A DNA stretch of 64,000 bases from Clostridia bacterium (GTDB lineage: Bacteria; Bacillota; Clostridia; Christensenellales; CAG-138): the NCBI GenBank assembly GCA_017525875.1, contig JAFXSG010000004.1, positions 76,738 to 140,737 on the forward strand, read 5' to 3'. Every line of letters starts with the position of its first letter. Position 1 is the first letter of the stretch. Shown here piece after piece: positions 53,667-63,598 of this stretch. A program made the translations under genes and the position numbers. Under the pieces are notes generated by a model. The model was not told where the DNA came from. It made no database searches and was given only the letters and a program-made list of their open reading frames with translations.

Positions 53667-55445
53667 TTATTTTGCAAACTGCGTTTCGTACAGCTCGCGG
53701 TAGAAGCCACCTTTTTTCATAAGCTCGTCGTGATTTCCCTTTTCGATAATATGTCCGTCGCGCATCACGAGGATGACGTCAGCGTCGCGGATGGTTGAGA
53801 GGCGGTGGGCGACGATGAAGCTCGTTCTGCCCTTCATGAGGCGGGCGAACGCGTCCTGCACGATGAGCTCGGTGCGCGTATCTATGGAGGAGGTCGCTTC
53901 GTCGAGTATCAGCGCGGGCGGGAGCGCGAGCATTACCCTCGCGATGCACAGAAGCTGCCTCTGCCCCTGGGAGAGCGTTCCGCCGGATTCGCCGAGGACG
54001 GTATCGTAACCCTGCGGCAGCCTTGAGATGAACGCGTGCGCGTGCACGGCCTTCGCCGCGGCGATAACCTCTTCGTCCGTCGCGTCCGGCCTGCCCATCG
54101 CGATATTTTCGCGCACGGTGCCCGCGCGCAGCCAGGTCTCCTGCAGCACCATGCCGAAGCGGGAACGCAGCGCGGCGCGGGTCATGGCGCGGGTGTTCAC
54201 GCCGCCCAGCCGGATCTCACCGCCGTCCGTATCGTAGAAACGCATGATGAGATTGATGAGCGTGGTCTTGCCGCAGCCCGTCGGGCCGACGATCGCGACG
54301 CGCTGGCCGTTTTTGACGGAGAGCGAGAAATCACGGATCAGCTCGCGCTCCGGCGTGTAGGAGAAATCCACGTTTTTGAACTCCACCGAGCCGTCGCCCG
54401 CTTCGGGTTCGAGCGCGGGATCCGGGTCGGGGACCTGCTCAGGCGCCTCGATCAGCTCGAACAGCCTCTCTGCGCAGGCGAGCGCGCCCTGCAGCTCGGC
54501 CACGACGCCGGAGATCTCGTTGAAGGGCTTGGTGTATTGGTTCGCGTAGCTGAGGAAGGCGGAAAGCCCGCCGACGGTCAGCCCGCCTCCGATAACGCTT
54601 AGCGCGCCGAGCACCGCAACGCCCGCGTAGATCAGCGAATTGACGAAGCGCGTGGTGGGGTTCGTGAGAGATGAAAGGAAGGTCGCGCGGACGGAATGGC
54701 GGCGCAGGCGCTCGTTGACCGCGCCGAAGCGTTTTTTTGCCGTCGGCTCATAGCCGAAGGCGCGGATGAGCTTTTGCTCCGTGATGTATTCATCCGCAAG
54801 CGAGGTCGCCTCGCCCCGCACGACGGCCTGGTCGAGAAAGCTCTTGTAGGTGCGCTTTGCGATAAAGCTTGCCATAAGCAGCGAGAGCGGCGAGAGCAGC
54901 ACCACCGCGGCGGCGATCAGCGGGTCGATGCTCAGCATAAAGGCGAGTGTGCCGACGATGGTCATGACGCCGGTGAAAAGCTGGGAAAAGCCGAGCAGCA
55001 AGCCGTCCGCAAGCTGATCCGCGTCCGCGATCAGGCGACTGACCGTCTCCCCGACGGGGCGGGGGTCGAGCGCGGAGAGCGGCATGCGCTGGATATGCGA
55101 GAAGGCCTCATTGCGCAGGCTGCGCACCACGCCGTAGGTGATGCGGTTGTTCACGAGCCCCATCAGGTAGTTCGCGGCGGCGGCAAGCGCTGCGCAGGCC
55201 CCGACGCCGATGAGGATCGGGCGGAGCGACGGGAAATCGACGCGGCCTGCCTCCTTTATGCAGTCGATGCCGCGCCCGACGAGCACGGGGATCAGCAGCG
55301 TCAACGCGACCGACACGACGGAGAGCAGCAGGGACGCGATCGCGGCGGCGCGGTGCGCGCGCAGGCGCACGATCAGCTTTTTGATGACGGCGCGGCTGTT
55401 TTTTGCCCTAACAGCGGGCTTTTTTGCGGGCAAGCTCTTTTTCAT
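53667..55445 (-). CDS. Heterodimeric ABC exporter subunit (permease + canonical NBD)
   Basis: 6-TM domain. Walker A GPTGCGKTT, signature LSQGQRQ, Walker B LILDEATSSID with the catalytic Glu present. Confidence 0.88.
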   Translation of the reverse strand: MKKSLPAKKPAVRAKNSRAVIKKLIVRLRAHRAAAIASLLLSVVSVALTLLIPVLVGRGIDCIKEAGRVDFPSLRPILIGVGACAALAAAANYLMGLVNNRITYGVVRSLRNEAFSHIQRMPLSALDPRPVGETVSRLIADADQLADGLLLGFSQLFTGVMTIVGTLAFMLSIDPLIAAAVVLLSPLSLLMASFIAKRTYKSFLDQAVVRGEATSLADEYITEQKLIRAFGYEPTAKKRFGAVNERLRRHSVRATFLSSLTNPTTRFVNSLIYAGVAVLGALSVIGGGLTVGGLSAFLSYANQYTKPFNEISGVVAELQGALACAERLFELIEAPEQVPDPDPALEPEAGDGSVEFKNVDFSYTPERELIRDFSLSVKNGQRVAIVGPTGCGKTTLINLIMRFYDTDGGEIRLGGVNTRAMTRAALRSRFGMVLQETWLRAGTVRENIAMGRPDATDEEVIAAAKAVHAHAFISRLPQGYDTVLGESGGTLSQGQRQLLCIARVMLALPPALILDEATSSIDTRTELIVQDAFARLMKGRTSFIVAHRLSTIRDADVILVMRDGHIIEKGNHDELMKKGGFYRELYETQFAK

Positions 55446-57181
55446 GACGCCGCCCCCTCTCCGTCATCACCGCGGAACTGGGTGCGGTAGATCTCCCGGT
55501 AGACGGCGCAGTTTTTGATGAGCTCCCCGTGCCTGCCGATGCCGACGGGGCGGCCCTCGTCGAGCACGATGATGAGGTCGGCGTTTCGTATCGAAGCGGC
55601 GCGCTGCGAAACGATGAACGTAGTCGGCGCGCTTTCACGGGAGGCGAGCGCGGCGCGCAGCTTTGCCTCGGTCGCGTAGTCGAGGGCGGAGGTGCTGTCG
55701 TCAAGTATCAGCACCTCGCAGGGCTTCATGAGCGCCCGGGCGATCGCGAGCCTCTGCTTCTGCCCGCCGGAGAAATTGCCGCCGGCGCGCAGGACGGGCT
55801 CGTCGAGCCCCTTTTCGCGGGATTGGACGAAATCGAGCGCCTGCGCGGTTTCGAGCGCGCAGAGCATCTCCTCTTCGCCAGCGCCGGGCCTGCCCATTTC
55901 GAGGTTTTCGCGGATCGTGCCGGAGAGCAGTACGGCCTTTTGCGGAACGACCGAAACGCGGCTCCTGAGGGCGGCGGGGTCGAACTCCGCTATATCGATC
56001 CCGTCGAAGTGGACGCTTCCTACGGTCGCGCGATAGAAGCCGGCGATGAGGTTCACGAGCGTGGTCTTGCCGGAGCCCGTGCCGCCGATCACGCCTATCA
56101 CACTGCCTGGCCGGGCTGTGAAGCTGACGCCGGCAACGGAGGGAGCGCCGGCGTTTTCGTATGAAAAACTGACGTCCGCAAATTCGATCAGCCCGCGGGG
56201 AGCGGCTTCATCGGGGATACTGCTGCCGTCCGTTTCGCCGTTTTCAAGGCGGAGCACGGCGGAAACGCGCGCGCCGCAGGCGGCGGCCTTCGCGATGGTG
56301 ATAACGAGGTTCGCCATCTTCACAAGCTCCACGAGGATCTGCGAAAGCAGATTGTAGAGCGCAACGACCTGGCCCTGCGTGAGCGTGCCCGCGTCGACGC
56401 GCAGCGCGCCGGTATGGATGAGCACGATGACCGCGATATTGACGGCAACGAGCGTTGCGGGATTGAGCGCGGCGGATATCCTGCCGACCGCGAGCTGGAG
56501 CTTTTCAAGCCTGCGGGTCCTTCCTTCGAACTCCTTGATCTCCGTCTCCTCCTGCAAAAACGCGCGCAGCACCCGAACGCCGGTCAGGTTCTCGCGCGCC
56601 GATGATGTAACGCCGTCAAGCGCCTTTTGAACGCCGCGGTGCCGGGGGATGGCGGTGAGCAGGATGCCGAAGACGATCACGAGCAGGACCGCGATGACGC
56701 CGGCGAAGATGAGAGCGCATTTCGCGTCGATCGTGAAGGCGACGATCATCGCGCCGAACACCACGAAGGGCGATCTGAGAAGAAGCCGCAGCGTGAGGTT
56801 TATGCCGGTCTGGAGCGTGTTCACGTCGCTCGTCATGCGCGTCACGAGCGTTGAAACGCCTATGGAATCGAGCCTTCCGTAGCTGAGGCTCTGGATCTTG
56901 TCGAGGAGCGAAGCGCGGATATCGGCGCAGACGCCGATCGCGGACCGTGCGGAAAAATACTGCGCCGTGATCGCGAGCGCGAGGCCGACGACCGCGAACG
57001 CCGCGAGAATGCCGCCGCGGCTCAATATGAAAGCCTTATCGCCCTCCGGGATGCCCCTGTCGATGATGGAGGCGATCACGAGCGGGACGAGCAGCTCGAG
57101 CGTCGCTTCCATGAATTTGAACAGCGGCGCGAGCACCGTTTCGGGCACGTATTTGCGGAAATAGCGAAGGATGGTCTTCAT
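55442..57181 (-). CDS. Heterodimeric ABC exporter subunit (permease + degenerate NBD)
   Basis: Walker A GGTGSGKTT, signature FSGGQKQ, Walker B LILDDSTSALD (Asp replaces the catalytic Glu, as in BmrCD/LmrCD/TM287-288-type pairs). 4-nt overlap with the downstream partner. Confidence 0.88.
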   Translation of the reverse strand: MKTILRYFRKYVPETVLAPLFKFMEATLELLVPLVIASIIDRGIPEGDKAFILSRGGILAAFAVVGLALAITAQYFSARSAIGVCADIRASLLDKIQSLSYGRLDSIGVSTLVTRMTSDVNTLQTGINLTLRLLLRSPFVVFGAMIVAFTIDAKCALIFAGVIAVLLVIVFGILLTAIPRHRGVQKALDGVTSSARENLTGVRVLRAFLQEETEIKEFEGRTRRLEKLQLAVGRISAALNPATLVAVNIAVIVLIHTGALRVDAGTLTQGQVVALYNLLSQILVELVKMANLVITIAKAAACGARVSAVLRLENGETDGSSIPDEAAPRGLIEFADVSFSYENAGAPSVAGVSFTARPGSVIGVIGGTGSGKTTLVNLIAGFYRATVGSVHFDGIDIAEFDPAALRSRVSVVPQKAVLLSGTIRENLEMGRPGAGEEEMLCALETAQALDFVQSREKGLDEPVLRAGGNFSGGQKQRLAIARALMKPCEVLILDDSTSALDYATEAKLRAALASRESAPTTFIVSQRAASIRNADLIIVLDEGRPVGIGRHGELIKNCAVYREIYRTQFRGDDGEGAAS

Positions 57182-57214
57182 TTTGCCCTTCCCTTTATAA
57201 CTTACTGCACGTCA

Positions 57215-57243
57215 ATTATATCATCCGGCGGGAGCTATTTCAA
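57215..57243 (-). promoter_or_regulatory. Promoter for the ABC exporter pair
   Basis: Minus strand TTGAAA (57243-57238), 17-nt spacer, TATAAT (57220-57215). Confidence 0.65.
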
Positions 57244-57270
57244 CCAAACGGCGCGGGAGCGTTTTCACGG

Positions 57271-57298
57271 TTGATTTTTCGGCTGAAACAACTATAAT
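57271..57298 (+). promoter_or_regulatory. Promoter for the MBL/beta-CASP gene
   Basis: TTGATT (57271-57276), 16-nt spacer, TATAAT (57293-57298). Confidence 0.65.
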
Positions 57299-57312
57299 AG
57301 AGGGGGGAAAGG

Positions 57313-58950
57313 ATGGCTTTTCAAATGAAGATAACTTTTATCGGCGCTGCCCATGAGGTCACTGGCAGCCTGACCCTTATAGAGATCGGCGGCTCAAAGC
57401 TGCTCGTGGACTGCGGCATGGAGCAGGGCAGGGATATCTTTGTGAACCAGACCCTGCCGGTGGACGCGGCGTCCATCGACGCGGTGCTGCTGACCCATGC
57501 GCATATCGACCATTCGGGCAACCTGCCCCTGCTCGATAAGTGCGGTTTCCGCGGCACGGTCTACGCCACTACCGCCACCTGCGGCCTTGCGGATATCATG
57601 CTGCGCGACTGCGCCCAGATCCAGGAGAGCGATGCGGAGTGGAAAAACCGCAAGCGCAAGCGCTCCGACAGCCCGGAGGTCGTTCCCGTCTACACCATGA
57701 AGGACGCGGAAAACCTGCTGCGCCGCCTGCGCCCCGTGGACCCGGGCAAAACGATCAGGATCCTTGAAGGCGTGGAGGTCCGCTTCACGGATATCGGGCA
57801 CCTGCTCGGCTCCGCCGCGATCGAAGTATTCCTCACCGAGGGGAACGAAAGCCGCAAGTTCGTTTTCAGCGGCGACGTGGGCAATATCAATAAGCCGATA
57901 GTGCCGGATCCGACGAAGATCCGGGATGCGGACTACGTCATGATCGAATCCACCTACGGCACCCGCCTGCACGAGGAGGAGAAGACGGACCACGTGGGCA
58001 TGCTCGCGCAGGTCATCGAGAAAACGCTCGACCGCGGAGGCAACGTTGTGATCCCGAGCTTCGCCGTCGGCAGGACGCAGGAGATCCTCTACATGATCCG
58101 TTTGGCGAAGCTGACGGGGAAGTTCAAGCGGGACCGCCGCTTCCGCGTGGTCGTGGACAGCCCGCTCGCCGAGGAGGCGACGAGCATCTTTTTGCAGTCC
58201 GACACGGTCTTTTTCGATGAAGAGACGGCGGATCTCATTACGCGCGGGATCAACCCGCTGTACTTCGACGGGCTCGAGCCGAGCGTTTCGGCGGAGGAGT
58301 CCAAAGCCCTGAACGATGACCCGGAGCCGAAGGTCATCATCTCCGCGAGCGGCATGTGCGAGGCGGGGCGCATCCGCCACCACCTCAAGCACAATCTCTG
58401 GAGGCCCGAATGCACGATCCTCTTCTGCGGGTACCAGACGAACGGCACGCTCGGCCGCGCGATCCTCGATGGGGCGGAAAAGATAAAGCTCTTCGGCGAA
58501 ACGATCGCCGTCCGCGCCGAGGTCAGGTTCCTCCCGGGCTCGAGCTCCCACGCGGATAAGGCCGGCCTTATCGACTGGCTCAGCGGGTTTGAACAGAAGC
58601 CCCTGCGCGTTTTCGTGAACCATGGGGACGACGAGGTCTGCACGGAGTTTGCGAGGATCCTTTCGGAGGAATGCGGATTTAACGCCTTCGCGCCGTACAG
58701 CGGGACGGAGTTCGATCCCGTTAAAAACGAGTTCATACGCATCACGGAGGGCGTTCCCGTGAAGGAGGAAAAGCCCGAGAAGCCGCGTGAAAGCGAAGGC
58801 GCGAGGCGCGCGAAGCAGCTTTCCAGGGAGCTTGCGGAGGCAGCGGCGCAGCTTAGAAAGGCGATCGAAGCGGCGGAGAACGCCTCCAATTCCGATAAAC
58901 AAAAGCTTATAAAGGAGCTTAAAGCGCTGATGAAGACAATCGGCGCGTGA
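57313..58950 (+). CDS. MBL-fold / beta-CASP RNA-metabolising hydrolase
   Basis: LLTHAHIDHSGNLPLL (HxHxDH), beta-CASP middle region, late SSHAD motif, C-terminal K/E-rich helix. Confidence 0.75.
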   Translation: MAFQMKITFIGAAHEVTGSLTLIEIGGSKLLVDCGMEQGRDIFVNQTLPVDAASIDAVLLTHAHIDHSGNLPLLDKCGFRGTVYATTATCGLADIMLRDCAQIQESDAEWKNRKRKRSDSPEVVPVYTMKDAENLLRRLRPVDPGKTIRILEGVEVRFTDIGHLLGSAAIEVFLTEGNESRKFVFSGDVGNINKPIVPDPTKIRDADYVMIESTYGTRLHEEEKTDHVGMLAQVIEKTLDRGGNVVIPSFAVGRTQEILYMIRLAKLTGKFKRDRRFRVVVDSPLAEEATSIFLQSDTVFFDEETADLITRGINPLYFDGLEPSVSAEESKALNDDPEPKVIISASGMCEAGRIRHHLKHNLWRPECTILFCGYQTNGTLGRAILDGAEKIKLFGETIAVRAEVRFLPGSSSHADKAGLIDWLSGFEQKPLRVFVNHGDDEVCTEFARILSEECGFNAFAPYSGTEFDPVKNEFIRITEGVPVKEEKPEKPRESEGARRAKQLSRELAEAAAQLRKAIEAAENASNSDKQKLIKELKALMKTIGA

Positions 58951-58980
58951 CGTTAGGCCTTTCGGCGGAGGAACGATGGA

Positions 58981-59343
58981 ATGAGAAAGTATGCGTATCT
59001 GAAGGAACCGTTCAGGCACGGCGGCGAGCTCGTTTTCAAGATCATGCTCTATGAGACCGACGGCGGCTGCTATCTCTACGAGTACGGCAGCCCGGACGCG
59101 TTTCAGTGTTCTGCCGACCTGTTCTACGTTCAGACTGAGGACGTTTACGCCGACTGGGGCGGTCTCATAGACGAAAGGGGTTGGATCGATATAGGCGACC
59201 CGCTGCCCGGCTGCCAGCATGACGCGTTCATACCCCTTCGGGTTAAGGGCCGGGAGGCCGGAAGACCCGAGTGGGGAAAGTATGAAACGCTCAAAGACGG
59301 GGTCTGGGTGGAATTCGATCCGGAAAGCGATACGCAGGAATAA
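58981..59343 (+). CDS. Hypothetical protein (120 aa)
   Basis: ORF with GGAGGAACG upstream and coding-like composition. No family recognised. Confidence 0.5.
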   Translation: MRKYAYLKEPFRHGGELVFKIMLYETDGGCYLYEYGSPDAFQCSADLFYVQTEDVYADWGGLIDERGWIDIGDPLPGCQHDAFIPLRVKGREAGRPEWGKYETLKDGVWVEFDPESDTQE

Positions 59344-59461
59344 CGAATTAAAAGAAAAGAGCTTTGCCGCATTGCAAAGCTGCAAAAAACGAACCCGCTC
59401 AGACGTCTTTCTATTACGGAGAGCGTCACGGCGGGCCATTCTTTTGGAAAAATGGAACAAA

Positions 59462-59641
59462 AGCTAAATTGCTCGCTTCCGTTCGCAGTTAAATTGAAGC
59501 CTCACGGCTTCAGCTAAATTGAAAACCTGCGGCTTTCAGCTAAATTAAATTCGCCTGTAAGCTCGGCGGAGCCGAATTCAGCTTGCGAAGCAAATTTAGC
59601 CGGGCGCAGCCCGATTTAGCTCGCCTAAGGCGAATTCAGCT
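59462..59641. repeat. AGCTAAATT 'ladder' element, copy 3 (180 bp, inverted relative to copies 1-2, slightly degenerate)
   Basis: AGCTAAATT 59462, AGtTAAATT 59487, AGCTAAATT 59512. Centre AGCTAAATTAAATTCGCC-tgta-AGCT at 59538-59563. AATTcAGCT 59575, AATTTAGCc 59593, gATTTAGCT 59613, AATTcAGCT 59633. Spacers cggcggagccg and tgcgaagca are the exact reverse complements of two copy-2 spacers (cggctccgccg, tgcttcgca). Confidence 0.9.
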
Positions 59642-59646
59642 TAAAC

Positions 59647-60120
59647 TCAATCCCACCATTTGAGCATTATCAGAAATTCGCCCGTGTCGTCCACGGGCTT
59701 TTTTTCGCCCGTCGGGTAAAAGCCGTGGCGGGAGTAAAAGGCGATGGCGCGCTCGTTCTTTTCAAGCGCCCAGAGCCTGTCCGCGCCGCGTTCGAGCACG
59801 GCGAAGCGGAGGAGCGCGGAGCCTAAGCCTCCGCCCTGGAACACGGGCTCGACGAAGAGCTTTTCGATCTCGCTGCCGTTTACCCGGATAAAGCCCTTGA
59901 CCACTCCGTCGTCGAAGACGAAGGTGCCCGCGATAAGCTCCGGCTTTTCGCCGTATTCGCCGATAAGCACCGGCACGGTGAGCTCCGAAAAGAAGTATTC
60001 GTCCGTTCTGAAAACGGGATAGAAGTTCAGCCGGTAATTGAAAAGCTCGATCTCGGCGAGCCTTGCGGCGTCTTCCGGCCGCGCAGGGCGGATATTCGTG
60101 TTTTTTACAGTATCGTTCAT
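59647..60120 (-). CDS. GNAT-family N-acetyltransferase
   Basis: 157 aa. Acetyl-CoA motif VFQGGGLGSALLRFA. Starts 4 nt after the mfd stop. Confidence 0.85.
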   Translation of the reverse strand: MNDTVKNTNIRPARPEDAARLAEIELFNYRLNFYPVFRTDEYFFSELTVPVLIGEYGEKPELIAGTFVFDDGVVKGFIRVNGSEIEKLFVEPVFQGGGLGSALLRFAVLERGADRLWALEKNERAIAFYSRHGFYPTGEKKPVDDTGEFLIMLKWWD

Positions 60121-60124
60121 ATTA

Positions 60125-63100
60125 TCACGCAGTCTGTTCGATGCAGCCGAGCAGCGTGTTCACGGCGTCCATAGCGGCGCGGAACATCGCTTCGCTCTCG
60201 GCATGCTTCCTCGTGATCACGAGGCAGATCTTTTCGCCGCCCTGGAGCTGTGCGCCCTCGATGCGGGGAATGACGGTATAGAGCTTCGCCCCGTCGAGCG
60301 GCGCCTGCTCGCTGAAGGTGAACCGCGCTTCGCCCGCTTTGACGACGAAGCTCAGGATGCCGAGCCCGGAAGCGCGGGCTTTGCAGAGCGAGATATCGAG
60401 CAGGTTCTGAACGCATTTCGGGATGTCGCCGTAGCGGTCGATGAGCTCGTCCTGCACGTCGCGCATGGAGTCGATATCGGTGATCGAGGCGATGCGCTTG
60501 TACATCTCCATCCTGCCGGTCTCGCGGGCGATGTATTTCTTCGGGATGTTCGCGTCGATCGGGACCTCCATCACCGTGTCGAACACGGGCTTCACTTCCT
60601 CGCCCTTCGCCTCGCGAACGGCGGCGTCGATCAGCTTGCAGTAGAGCTCGTAGCCCACCTGGGCCATGTGCCCGTGCTGCTCCGCGCCGAGGATATCGCC
60701 CGCGCCGCGGATCTCAAGATCGCGCATGGCAACGCGGAAGCCCGCGCCGAACTGTGTGAACTCGCGTATCGCGGAAAGCCGTTTGTCCGCGATCTCGGAA
60801 AGCACCTTGTTCGGGCGGAAGGTGAGGTAGGCGTAGCCAAGCCTCTGCCCGCGGCCAACGCGCCCGCGCAGCTGATAGAGCTGCGCAAGACCCATGCAGT
60901 CCGCGTCGACGACGATCATCGTGTTGACGTTCGATATGTCGAGCCCGCTCTCGATGATCGTGGAGCAGACGAGCACGTCCGACTTCGCCTCGAGAAAATC
61001 GAGCATCGCGTTTTCAAGCTGGCGCTCCGGCATCTGCCCGTGGGCATAGCTGATCCTCGCCTCCGGAACAAGCGCGGAGAGCTCCTGAACGAACCGCTCC
61101 ATCATCTGCACGCGGTTGTAGACCACGTAGACCTGCCCGCCGCGGCCGATCTCCTTGAGTATCGCCTCGCGCACGAGCTGATCGGAATACTCCATCACGT
61201 AGGTCTGCACCGGGTAGCGCGCCTCGGGCGGGGTCTCGATCACGCTCATGTCGCGGATGCCGCTCATGCTCATGTGGAGCGTCCGCGGGATCGGCGTTGC
61301 GGAAAGGGTCAGCACGTCCACGTTCCGCTTCATGTCCTTGATCTGTTCCTTGTGGTTCACGCCGAAGCGCTGCTCCTCGTCGATGATGAGCAGGCCGAGA
61401 TCGCGGAACTTCACGTCCTTGGCGAGCAGCGCGTGTGTGCCGATGAGCACGTCCACCGTGCCGCGTGCGACCTTCTCCTTGACCTCCTTCTGCTCCTTTG
61501 CGCTGCGGAAGCGGGAGAGCAGCTCGACCTTTATCGGGAAGCCCGCGTAGCGGGAGGACAGGGTGTTGTAGTGCTGCTGGGCGAGGATCGTCGTGGGCAC
61601 GAGGAAAGCGCACTGCTTGCCGTCCATCGCGCATTTGAACGCGGCCCGCAGCGCGACCTCGGTTTTGCCGTAGCCCACGTCGCCGCAGAGCAGGCGGTCC
61701 ATGATGCGGTCCGACTCCATATCGGCCTTGATCTCCTCGATGGAGCGGAGCTGGTCCGGCGTTTCGCGATACGGAAAGCTGAGCTCGAGCCGCTGCTGCC
61801 AATCCGTGTCGGGTGAGAAGCGGAAGCCCTTGCGCCGCGTGCGCTCGCCGTACAGCCGCACGAGGTCGAACGCGAGCGTGCGGACGCTCGCGCGGGTCTT
61901 CGCGACGGTCTTCTGCCATTCGCCGGAGCCGAGGCGGGAGAGCTTTTGCTTTTCAACGTCGCCGCCGATGTATTTCTGAACGCGGTCGAGCTGGTCCGTG
62001 GGGATGAACAGCTTGTCGCCCGCCTGATAGGTGAGCTCGATATAGTCCCGCGTTTTGCCGTCCACGACCAGCGTATTGACGCCGGTGAAGCGGCCGATGC
62101 CGTGCGCCTCGTGAACGACGAGGTCGCCGACCTCGAGATCGTAGAGCGACAGGCTGCTTTGACTGCGTTTCTTCGCCTTGCCCGCCGGGCGGAAACCCGC
62201 GCCGAACAGCTCGTATTCGGAGATAACGACGAGGTGCATCGCGGGGTATTCAAAGCCGTGGGGAAGGGAACTCCCCACGATCAGTATCTCGCGCGGAAGG
62301 ATCTCACGCGTCAGCTCAGCAGTGACCGCGGCTTCGATGCCGAGGTCATAGAGCATATCCTGCAGGCGCTTTGCATGCTCGCCGGCAAAGAGCAGCACAG
62401 TGCAGCCCTTCTGCTTCCACAGCGCGACGTCGTCCCGAAGGGCGGTGTCGCCCGGGATATAGCGCGGTACGGGGCGGGACTCGAACTTCACGAGCTCCTT
62501 CGTGCGGATGGCGGGGAAGCTCCTCGTAAGCGCGAACAGCATCGCCGTGCGCGGACGGTCGAGCTGCGCGAAGGCGGCGGACGCGGGCGAAAGGAGCCTT
62601 GCCTGCAGCTCGTGGCCTTCGCCGCTCTTCAATACGTCCCCAAGCCCGTCCATGAACTGCGAAAACGCGAAGCGGGCGCTCTCGTCCACGCGGGCGGGCT
62701 CGTCGATGAGCACAAGGGTGTCCTCGGGGATATAGTCGAGCAGCGTGATATCCTCACGGCAGAAAACGGGCAGCAGCGCGAGCGCGTTCGCGGGGGTGCC
62801 GCCGTCGCGCAGGACCTCCGTTTCAAGCTGGTAGCGGGGCTTGTTACGCAGGGCGGCGATGCCTTTTTTGCGCATCTCGGCGTCCAGCGGGAGCTCCGTT
62901 GCGGGCGGGATGACCGCAAGCGAAACGTTCTCGGTGGAGCGCTGCGAGATCGGGTCGAACTCGCGCATCGTATCCACCTCGTCGCCGAAAAACTCGATAC
63001 GGACAGGGTTGTCGGCGGTGACGGGGAATACGTCGATATAGCCGCCGCGCCGCGTGAACTGCCCGCGGCCTTCGCATACGTCCTCGCGGGTGTAGCCTGC

Positions 63101-63586
63101 GTCGGCGATTTTTTGCACGAGGGAATCGGGCGAGACCTCCATGCCGACGCGCACTGTGTGCGTGAAGTTCAATATGCTTTCGGGCGGGGCGAGCCGCTGC
63201 ATTATTGCCTCGATCGGCGCGACGATGAGCGCCCTTTCACCGGAGAGCAGCGCAAGCATCACGCGAAGGCGGCGGATGCCGAGCTCCTGGGACTGGACGT
63301 AGCTGTGCGCGTTCAGCGGCGTTTCGCGGATGGGGAAGAGCATCGCGTTCCCGTGGTAGCAGGAAAGCTCCTCGTGCACGCGCTGCGCCGCCTGCGCCGA
63401 GGGCACGATGACGAGCGTCGCGCCGGAATGGGAGGCCGCAAGCGCCGCGGTTACGTTCGTGCGGTGCGCTTCTCCGAGGCCGAATACGCCGACGGGGCCC
63501 TTGCCGGCCTCGAGCGTTTCCTCGAGCCTCCTGTATTCAGGTGAAGTTTTCAGCGCCGCGTAGAGCGGCTCAAAGCCTTTCAGCAT
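60125..63586 (-). CDS. mfd: Transcription-repair coupling factor Mfd
   Basis: 1153 aa. UvrB-homology N-region, CarD/RID-like region (GDLVVHEAHGIGRF), SF2 helicase motifs LLCGDVGYGKTEVA and LIIDEEQRFG, TRG motif region. Confidence 0.95.
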   Translation of the reverse strand: MLKGFEPLYAALKTSPEYRRLEETLEAGKGPVGVFGLGEAHRTNVTAALAASHSGATLVIVPSAQAAQRVHEELSCYHGNAMLFPIRETPLNAHSYVQSQELGIRRLRVMLALLSGERALIVAPIEAIMQRLAPPESILNFTHTVRVGMEVSPDSLVQKIADAGYTREDVCEGRGQFTRRGGYIDVFPVTADNPVRIEFFGDEVDTMREFDPISQRSTENVSLAVIPPATELPLDAEMRKKGIAALRNKPRYQLETEVLRDGGTPANALALLPVFCREDITLLDYIPEDTLVLIDEPARVDESARFAFSQFMDGLGDVLKSGEGHELQARLLSPASAAFAQLDRPRTAMLFALTRSFPAIRTKELVKFESRPVPRYIPGDTALRDDVALWKQKGCTVLLFAGEHAKRLQDMLYDLGIEAAVTAELTREILPREILIVGSSLPHGFEYPAMHLVVISEYELFGAGFRPAGKAKKRSQSSLSLYDLEVGDLVVHEAHGIGRFTGVNTLVVDGKTRDYIELTYQAGDKLFIPTDQLDRVQKYIGGDVEKQKLSRLGSGEWQKTVAKTRASVRTLAFDLVRLYGERTRRKGFRFSPDTDWQQRLELSFPYRETPDQLRSIEEIKADMESDRIMDRLLCGDVGYGKTEVALRAAFKCAMDGKQCAFLVPTTILAQQHYNTLSSRYAGFPIKVELLSRFRSAKEQKEVKEKVARGTVDVLIGTHALLAKDVKFRDLGLLIIDEEQRFGVNHKEQIKDMKRNVDVLTLSATPIPRTLHMSMSGIRDMSVIETPPEARYPVQTYVMEYSDQLVREAILKEIGRGGQVYVVYNRVQMMERFVQELSALVPEARISYAHGQMPERQLENAMLDFLEAKSDVLVCSTIIESGLDISNVNTMIVVDADCMGLAQLYQLRGRVGRGQRLGYAYLTFRPNKVLSEIADKRLSAIREFTQFGAGFRVAMRDLEIRGAGDILGAEQHGHMAQVGYELYCKLIDAAVREAKGEEVKPVFDTVMEVPIDANIPKKYIARETGRMEMYKRIASITDIDSMRDVQDELIDRYGDIPKCVQNLLDISLCKARASGLGILSFVVKAGEARFTFSEQAPLDGAKLYTVIPRIEGAQLQGGEKICLVITRKHAESEAMFRAAMDAVNTLLGCIEQTA

Positions 63587-63598
63587 GGTCTCTCCCGC

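Noticed and set aside
57394-59460. 688-aa minus-strand ORF. Similar long antisense ORFs occur at 1128-2609(-), 17136-18665(-), 19858-21513(+), 23755-25182(+), 44044-46389(+), 60038-61816(+) and 61946-63544(+)
   Set aside because: All lie opposite well-supported genes (MBL hydrolase, rny, NlpC/P60, glgA, trkA, ftsK, mfd). They have Arg/Ala/Gly/Asp-rich compositions and no recognisable family signatures. They are GC-skewed stop-codon-poor frames, not genes.
59647-60120. GNAT acetyltransferase as the toxin of a GNAT/RHH toxin-antitoxin pair
   Set aside because: No small antitoxin ORF is adjacent. The gene follows mfd by 4 nt and looks like an ordinary operon member.
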